64,000 bases of DNA from Eubacteriales bacterium OttesenSCG-928-K08 (GTDB lineage Bacteria; Bacillota; Clostridia; Christensenellales; CAG-138). Within the stretch, counting starts at the first letter, position 1, and each line of letters starts with the position of its first letter. Made by a program: the position numbers and the translations under genes. Below are positions 58,028 through 64,000 of this stretch, in pieces. The notes below the pieces were generated by a model that was given only the letters and a program-made list of their open reading frames with translations, ran no database searches and had not been told where the DNA came from. The stretch lies in NCBI GenBank assembly GCA_030266105.1, contig JAJDHH010000001.1:29402-93401 (forward strand). The letters are read 5' to 3'.

Positions 58028-58576
58028 ATGAAAATACTATTAAGAAATTTGTTATTAGTTTTTTTATGCCTCATTTGTTTATCAGCATGTTCAAATAGAA
58101 TCGATAACTCGACTAATAGAACAGAAAACAATGTAGAAGAAAATGATTTAAATAAGGATGAATTTATAGATGAGGGTGAATGGAGCGATTCTCCGATAAT
58201 GGGCGTATATGCTTTGTCGGGTTACTATTATGTTCCAAAAGACACTCCAATATCAGAAAACGTTGCGAAAGATTTGGAAATGCAAACAATTATAATAAAT
58301 GTGGATGAAGTTTCTTCGTCATCAGTAACAACAAAATCCCCTGTGTTTACCTTGGCAAGCATTGGCTTGTCCGAATTAATGGATATGGGTTTCACGGAAG
58401 AACAAGCAATACATCAAATTGGTATAGATTCAGCTAATGAAGCGGTTGTATATTTAGTTTCTGATACACTTGGAAATTCATTTAAATTATTTCGCATAAT
58501 GGACGATGAGCTTAACCGTTTGCTCTATGTTAGCAATACAGGATATATATATTATTTGGAGAGGATTAATGAATGA
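58028..58576 (+). CDS. lipoprotein
   Basis: Lipobox LSAC after a signal peptide. 182 aa. Confidence 0.7.
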   Translation: MKILLRNLLLVFLCLICLSACSNRIDNSTNRTENNVEENDLNKDEFIDEGEWSDSPIMGVYALSGYYYVPKDTPISENVAKDLEMQTIIINVDEVSSSSVTTKSPVFTLASIGLSELMDMGFTEEQAIHQIGIDSANEAVVYLVSDTLGNSFKLFRIMDDELNRLLYVSNTGYIYYLERINE

Positions 58577-58730
58577 TGTAGATAATATTGTTGTAGTTTA
58601 AATAAGGTTTATCAAGTAATGTCATTTGGATAAACTTTTATTTGTTTGGTTTACTGTGGATGCTTCTTATCGAGCCTAAAATATAATCTTAGTGGTCGTT
58701 CGCTTGATTTTTGCTTTGGATAAAAAGCGT

Positions 58731-58759
58731 TTGACAAGCATAATGTGTAGTGATATAAT
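58731..58759 (+). promoter_or_regulatory. consensus promoter of the tRNA-Lys module, copy 2
   Basis: TTGACA, 17 nt, TATAAT, identical to 45652-45680. Confidence 0.75.
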
Positions 58760-58879
58760 CCTAATCTGTGGGGCTGGAACGGCAAAGATCAGAGGTTCCG
58801 CTCTTGGACAAGAAAAACAATTAACCCATGAAACCCGCCTAGAATGGGCAAAACAAGGTTTATCCACACCACAAAACAT

Positions 58880-58956
58880 GCCTCCTTAGCTCAGTTGGCT
58901 AGAGCACCTGACTCTTAATCAGGGTGTCCAGGGTTCGAATCCCTGAGGGGGTACCA
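58880..58956 (+). tRNA. tRNA-Lys (anticodon CUU), copy 2, well-paired cloverleaf
   Basis: GCCTCCTTAGCTCAGTTGGCTAGAGCACCTGACTCTTAATCAGGGTGTCCAGGGTTCGAATCCCTGAGGGGGTACCA. All seven acceptor positions pair (two G-U). Confidence 0.9.
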
Positions 58957-58958
58957 AA

Positions 58959-58990
58959 GAAAAACAGGTTCCATCGGAGCCTGTTTTTCT
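58959..58990 (+). terminator. rho-independent terminator
   Basis: AACAGGTTCC-atc-GGAGCCTGTT followed by a T-run. Confidence 0.7.
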
Positions 58991-59307
58991 TTTAACCATT
59001 TACCCAAGAGCGTGGCCAACCATTTTGACCAAATTGTTATTTTCCTAATTTATTCTTTTTAAACAAGGCATGCCGTTGAAAAATATCGTTATTGTTTTTC
59101 TCTCACTGCACAACATTTATAACATATTATCGCCGAATATTAAGAAAATTGCTCGTGCACTTATAAAATACATTGATTTATGTGCTGTTTGTCGTAGATG
59201 CAGAAAATCTATCCCCCCTGCAGGCTTGCGAACATTGTTCGGTCGCTTATACAATACATGTGCGAACCGTTTTGTTTCTTTAGCATCGCATGAAAGGAAT
59301 GGATCAA

Positions 59308-59847
59308 ATGAAGCTTACGACAAAAAACATGACGCTTACCGCAGCACTGATTGCAATGGGACTTATTTTGCCTACGCTGATGCATATGCTGGCTGCCGGC
59401 ACGGTACTTTTACCCATGCACATACCTGTTATAATTGCAGGGCTGTTGCTTGGCGCGCCTTATGGTGCGCTTTGCGGTCTGATATTGCCATATCTTTCTT
59501 CTTTACTGACAGGCATGCCTCCCCTATTTCCAACAGCAATCGCGATGTCGCTGGAGCTTTGTGCATATGGCACGTTGACGGGCTGGTTATACCGTAATGT
59601 AAAATGGTCAATATATCCGGCAATGATAGCATCCATGCTCGGAGGCAGAGCTATTTCGGGCATTGCGAACGCGATATTGATGGGCATTGCCGGGCGCGCA
59701 TATAGCCTTGAAATTTTCTTAACGGCAGCTTTTGTAACCGGGTTTCCCGGCATTGTGATACAGCTCTCATGTATTCCGGCGCTTGTATTAGCCCTGCAAA
59801 AGACCAGATTTTTCGAAACGCCTGCGCGGAGGATCGGCACAATATGA
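59308..59847 (+). CDS. small multi-TM membrane protein, ECF-transporter S-component-like
   Basis: Five or six hydrophobic helices with motifs LLPMHIPVIIAG and GMPPLFPTAIAMSLEL. Start uncertain (59290, 59299 or 59308). Confidence 0.55.
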   Translation: MKLTTKNMTLTAALIAMGLILPTLMHMLAAGTVLLPMHIPVIIAGLLLGAPYGALCGLILPYLSSLLTGMPPLFPTAIAMSLELCAYGTLTGWLYRNVKWSIYPAMIASMLGGRAISGIANAILMGIAGRAYSLEIFLTAAFVTGFPGIVIQLSCIPALVLALQKTRFFETPARRIGTI

Positions 59848-60443
59848 ATAAGCAGCATACTTCAACCATAAAACAGTTTTTTGATAAAGCGGCCGCTTCC
59901 TGGGATACATATAACGGCGGCGAAACGGACAAGCTTGTGAGCCTATTAAAAGCCGCCCATTTTCCTAGCCACGCCAAAGTATTGGATGTTGCTTGCGGCA
60001 CGGGCGTTATGGTAGAGCCTGTTTTAACGTTTCAGCCGATAAAATTGCTCGCAATGGACATATCACCAGCAATGATCGAAATTTTGGAGAGTAAATATTC
60101 CGCACTTTCATGCCTTCAAGCCGCAGTGCAGGATTTTTATTTGTATGATCCGGATGAACAGGCAGATGTCTTGATCGTTTACAACGCTTATCCGCATTTT
60201 ATTGACAAGCAGCGGTTTAGTGCGCAGATTATAAAATGCTTGCGCCCAGGCGGCCGGTTTATCATTGCACATGGCAGTGGCAGGCAAGTGATTAACTCAA
60301 GGCATGATTCGCTGGATAAGCCCTGTATATCCACGCCGCTTTTGTCCTGCAGTGAAGAAGCCTCTCGTCTTGGAAGCGAATTTGTATATGATGTGATGCT
60401 TGAGACGGAGGATTATTATATTCTCTCTGGCACCACAAAATGA
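59844..60443 (+). CDS. class I SAM-dependent methyltransferase
   Basis: VLDVACGTGVM motif I. ATGA overlap with the upstream gene. Confidence 0.8.
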   Translation: MNKQHTSTIKQFFDKAAASWDTYNGGETDKLVSLLKAAHFPSHAKVLDVACGTGVMVEPVLTFQPIKLLAMDISPAMIEILESKYSALSCLQAAVQDFYLYDPDEQADVLIVYNAYPHFIDKQRFSAQIIKCLRPGGRFIIAHGSGRQVINSRHDSLDKPCISTPLLSCSEEASRLGSEFVYDVMLETEDYYILSGTTK

Positions 60444-60696
60444 TGCTAAACCGCAACCAAACATTACGCATGCACACGAAAATCATATGCGCTCACCACA
60501 ATAAATGCGCATATTGACAAGCTTAAAACAGACCATTATGAATAAGCATTTTTTAATTCTACACCCAAACATCAAGCACGGACAAATAAATTCAGTCCGT
60601 GCTTGAATCTTTTTTTGCTTGATTAGTTTCTACAGAATGCGCCTATCAACGGCGAATATAAGTTCCCGAGTTATTTAACAGTCTTGCACTTTTCTT

Positions 60697-61698
60697 TTAT
60701 CTGTATTCGTTTACATACACGGGCACCGCCATAGTTTCCATGGATGCGCTTTGATAATCCGTTCCTTCAATCTGAACCTGCAAGGCAGAAACGCTGGCAA
60801 ATTGTTTTGCAACAAGCTGTATGCTCTCCAGAGCGGCCAATTCAAGCTCGGGTGTGCTCTGCAGCTGCGCAAATTCACCTGAAAGGTTCACCGTTGCAAC
60901 GCCATCCTCCAATGTCGCCGAAAGCACCTGCGTCCCTTCCGGGAAACAATTCCGAAGCGTAATGTCCACAGGGCCGCTCACTAATTCCTGCATGGCAAGC
61001 ATAAATGTCGGCTCGATTGTTACCGTGCGTGTTACAGGCACATGCAGGCTTGCCGAGTTATTCGGGAAATACAGCGTCATCTGATATTGATCCTCACCCT
61101 CGTTGGCTACAGTCATCGGCTCTGGGTTTAATGCCTGCACAAGAAATACTCCATCAACTAAGGTGCCGTTGCTCAGCTTTTTCATTTGCTTGCCGTCAAA
61201 CTCAAAGCGCACGCTTGAAATGCTATCAAACTCAGTCAGCGTATTGATTATTCCGGTTATCATATTCTGCTCGGCCTCAGCGCTTGAAAGCTCCGTCAGC
61301 CCTAGTATATTTACGGTTGCCACAGCATCGTCCGAAATGGAGAGCACAAAGCTTACCCCCTGAGGTACCACGTTTTTAAGCCCCATTTTTGCAGCGGATA
61401 TCCTGTTTGTGTCGGTATCTATCAGTTGATTAAGCGCGGCGCGGCCAATGCCCTCCTCCCATGGGAGCAACTTCATAACAGGCACCATCTGCCCGTCATC
61501 CGTTTGAAAATATAAAACCGTACGCCTGAACCCCACAGTCGAATCGACCGGCTCCTCCAAAATTGGTTCTTCACCTTTGCCGCCAAACCATTTGTCAAAC
61601 ACGCCGCAGCCACACATAGCACCCACGAGCAAACAAATAAGCGTCACCAGCGCGATCATGCGCAGGGTTTTGCCCTGTTTTATTGTACTTGTATGCAT
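60697..61698 (-). CDS. gerM: GerMN-domain lipoprotein (GerM-like)
   Basis: Lipobox GAMCGC. Two repeated domains starting RTVLYFQTDDGQMVPV and YQMTLYFPNNSASLHVPV, typical of GerMN. Confidence 0.65.
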   Translation of the reverse strand: MHTSTIKQGKTLRMIALVTLICLLVGAMCGCGVFDKWFGGKGEEPILEEPVDSTVGFRRTVLYFQTDDGQMVPVMKLLPWEEGIGRAALNQLIDTDTNRISAAKMGLKNVVPQGVSFVLSISDDAVATVNILGLTELSSAEAEQNMITGIINTLTEFDSISSVRFEFDGKQMKKLSNGTLVDGVFLVQALNPEPMTVANEGEDQYQMTLYFPNNSASLHVPVTRTVTIEPTFMLAMQELVSGPVDITLRNCFPEGTQVLSATLEDGVATVNLSGEFAQLQSTPELELAALESIQLVAKQFASVSALQVQIEGTDYQSASMETMAVPVYVNEYR

Positions 61699-61826
61699 AA
61701 AGATCCCCCCGTCATGCGTTTTATAAAATACTTATTCGCATGCGGAGGGAAGTATGTTGCTCTAAACCGGAAAGGGCGCTTTTTTTGCAAGTTGTTTTGG
61801 CCGTTACCCGCTTTGGGCGGGCAAAC

Positions 61827-62135
61827 CTACACCTGCACCTGAATTGGCTTTGCGTTTAACGCGGCTTTGTGGCGCAGCAGCATGGCCATCAAATGCGCAT
61901 CAACCTCTTCTTCCAGTAGCTCCGGGGCGGGCGCGTATTCTTCAAGCGCCTCAAACTCCACATCGCCCTTACACTCGTTGTAGAAGGCCTGAAGCGGTCT
62001 GTAGGAGCACGCGTTAAGCTTTAGCTCAAAGCGCAGCCGCTTACGCGTGCCTTCAATGTTTCTGCTGAAGCCAACAAAGGATTGTCCGCTTTGTTTGCAA
62101 TACACACGGTATACGCCCATAACAGTTTTATTCAT
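61827..62135 (-). CDS. GIY-YIG-like domain protein
   Basis: GVYRVYCKQSGQSFVGFSRNIEGTRKR resembles the GIY...YIG...N..R motif spacing. Confidence 0.5.
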   Translation of the reverse strand: MNKTVMGVYRVYCKQSGQSFVGFSRNIEGTRKRLRFELKLNACSYRPLQAFYNECKGDVEFEALEEYAPAPELLEEEVDAHLMAMLLRHKAALNAKPIQVQV

Positions 62136-62144
62136 TGCCCACTC

Positions 62145-63323
62145 CTAATCAAACGTGCCGCCAACACCCATGTCACGGATGCGGCCGATGTAGCTTACTA
62201 TCTGCGCGTCTTCCTTCCAAAGCTCAATTTGGCTTTTATAGTGCTCTTCCTGCATTGTTTCAAGTATCATAATATCGTAATTCTCTTTTACCTCTTCATA
62301 GGTAAGCTCTCTGCTCTCAATTATATCCACCAGCTTGATAATATGATAGCCATGCTCACTTTTCACTGGTTCCGTAAGGTCGCCAATGTTCTCCAGGGCA
62401 AGCGCCGCTTCCAAAAACTCTGGGACAAAATTTGTGTTTTTATCCATCAAGTATCCTTCGCTTTTGTTTGGTTCCGACTTTATGCCGTTATCCGTGCCGT
62501 ATTCTTCCATGAGCTTGTCAAAATCCTCGCCTGCATCCAGCCGCGCTTTTAGTGAGATTGCCAGTTGCTCATCATCCACCAGAATATGCTTTACCCTTCT
62601 GTAGCCCTCCGGAACAAAAAGCGGCGGCAGGTTATAATCGTTTCCCGCGCTCACGTCGGTCCTATATGAACCTGGATTTTCCGCATATCTGTCGCGGTAA
62701 AACTGCACATCCGACTTAAACGATGATAATGTCACGGCTTCTGATACGGTAACATCCGCCACAACCTGCTCCCTAAGCTTTTCCTGCAGGCGCACACGCC
62801 TAAGTTCATCGTAATAGTTTTCTTTAAAGCCCTCTTCATCTAAATTATCGAGCGCCAAATCTTCTAAAAGCCTCTCTACCGCTGCTGTTGCAGGATCCTC
62901 AATGCCAGCCTCTTCAGCAAGGCTTGTGTAATACTCAACATATTCATCGTAACGATCCTGCGCGATCTGCCTGTATTCTGCTTCTTCTTCCGGCGTTAGC
63001 GTTAAACCGGCTATTTGAGTTTGCTGATATAACACTTCGTTTTGCACAAAAGTATCAAACATCCAGTTTTGAAAGGACTTTAACAACTCTTCATCCGAAA
63101 AATCCGCGCCATAGCCTGCATAGTTATTAAAATATATTCTAAAAACCGACTGAAACTTGCTTTTATAAAGCTCAACATCCCTTACTCGGGCGATCACAAC
63201 ATCCTCCGCCTGTGGCGGCGTTGGGCTGCTGCTTGGAGATGGCGTATCGCTTTTTATATCGCAACCGATCATGCTAAAAGCAATAAATACGGCAACCACA
63301 GCTGCCAGATACCGTTTTTTCAT
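62145..63323 (-). CDS. prsA: PrsA/SurA-like peptidyl-prolyl isomerase lipoprotein
   Basis: Lipobox SMIGC, SurA-N-like helical region, PpiC rotamase block RVKHILV...SEHGYHIIKL. Confidence 0.75.
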   Translation of the reverse strand: MKKRYLAAVVAVFIAFSMIGCDIKSDTPSPSSSPTPPQAEDVVIARVRDVELYKSKFQSVFRIYFNNYAGYGADFSDEELLKSFQNWMFDTFVQNEVLYQQTQIAGLTLTPEEEAEYRQIAQDRYDEYVEYYTSLAEEAGIEDPATAAVERLLEDLALDNLDEEGFKENYYDELRRVRLQEKLREQVVADVTVSEAVTLSSFKSDVQFYRDRYAENPGSYRTDVSAGNDYNLPPLFVPEGYRRVKHILVDDEQLAISLKARLDAGEDFDKLMEEYGTDNGIKSEPNKSEGYLMDKNTNFVPEFLEAALALENIGDLTEPVKSEHGYHIIKLVDIIESRELTYEEVKENYDIMILETMQEEHYKSQIELWKEDAQIVSYIGRIRDMGVGGTFD

Positions 63324-63583
63324 TAAGCTTCTCCCATTTTAATATATTGCTTTTTGATTGTACCCCCAAATGCGCAGCGAAGTCAATTATACGCAAAGAA
63401 AGCACAATAATTTCAAAGCGTTGCCTAATTTGAGCATAAATTTGCATACATAATATATCTTGTGCTTTAAGTCGAAAGCATTCTTGCATCTTTGTGTAAT
63501 GTTGTATAATCTATTAAGAGAATAAATGCTCATTCTAACAGTCAGGAAGGAGGCTGGATTGCACACGCAATCCAAACGCAAGC

Positions 63584-64000
63584 ATGAAAAAACCTCAAAC
63601 TGCGCACATTCTTACTTTGATGGTGGACAATGAGTTTGGTGTACTTACAAGAATAACCGCCCAAATTCGGCGGGAGGGCTGGAACATTAAGAGCCTCGCC
63701 GTTGCGGAGTGTATGGAGCCAAGCGTTTCACGCATCACTCTTTCACTCGAATGCTTTGACACAACGCTGCCAAATGTTGTGCACCGCCTTTCACGCCTTG
63801 CGTGCGTAAGATCAGTCACACCCTGCGATGATAGTATTCACCTAAGCCGCGAGCTTGCGATCGTCCGCGCAAAACCTTCTGCCGCAAAAGCCGTAATAGC
63901 CATTGCTGCCGAGTTTGGCGCAAAGATTGTTGAAACGGAGCAAGAGGTTACGCTTGAGCTAAGCGGAGATCCTGTTACACTGGATGATTTTTGTAAGCGC
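63584..64000 (+). CDS. ilvN: acetolactate synthase small (regulatory) subunit, 3' truncated by the window end
   Basis: MKKPQTAHILTLMVDNEFGVLTRITAQIRREGWNIKSLAV is an ACT domain typical of IlvN/IlvH. Open to the end of the window, so absent from the ORF track. Confidence 0.75.
   Translation, partial: MKKPQTAHILTLMVDNEFGVLTRITAQIRREGWNIKSLAVAECMEPSVSRITLSLECFDTTLPNVVHRLSRLACVRSVTPCDDSIHLSRELAIVRAKPSAAKAVIAIAAEFGAKIVETEQEVTLELSGDPVTLDDFCKR

Overview
The window holds chromosomal backbone from a Clostridia-like Firmicute, interrupted by two integrated mobile elements. (1) Coordinates 1364-43251 are a complete temperate siphovirus-like prophage of about 41.9 kb. It sits in the 3' end of tRNA-Glu(CUC) and is bounded by a 28-bp direct repeat, with GTGTGTACT arm-type repeats near both ends. 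Gene order is integrase, two small membrane proteins, CI/Cro switch with palindromic operators, replication/recombination module, iteron and (TA)10 origin-like region, RusA, small early genes, late activator, ParB-like / radical-SAM / PLD-like cluster, terminase through tail fibers, endolysin and holin. A separate three-gene cassette with its own consensus promoter lies just inside attR. (2) Coordinates about 45878-58721 are a roughly 12.8-kb integrative mobilizable element. It is bracketed by two diverged copies of a promoter-leader-tRNA-Lys(CUU) module. It carries a tyrosine integrase, a MOBQ-type oriT, a MobA/MobL relaxase, a VirD4-like coupling protein, cargo surface proteins and a small serine recombinase. 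Next to the recombinase is what looks like an invertible promoter. Backbone genes are murA, a zinc-ribbon membrane protein, a small multi-TM transporter-like protein, a SAM methyltransferase, a GerM-like lipoprotein, a GIY-YIG-like protein, a PrsA-like foldase and the 5' part of ilvN. The best candidates for something new are: the attR-proximal cassette (unknown / RHH fusion / AcrVA2-like protein); the recombinase-linked invertible promoter upstream of a frameshifted giant M23-peptidase surface protein; and the ParB-like / radical-SAM / PLD-like cluster before the terminase. All family assignments come from motif recognition by eye and none was checked by search.
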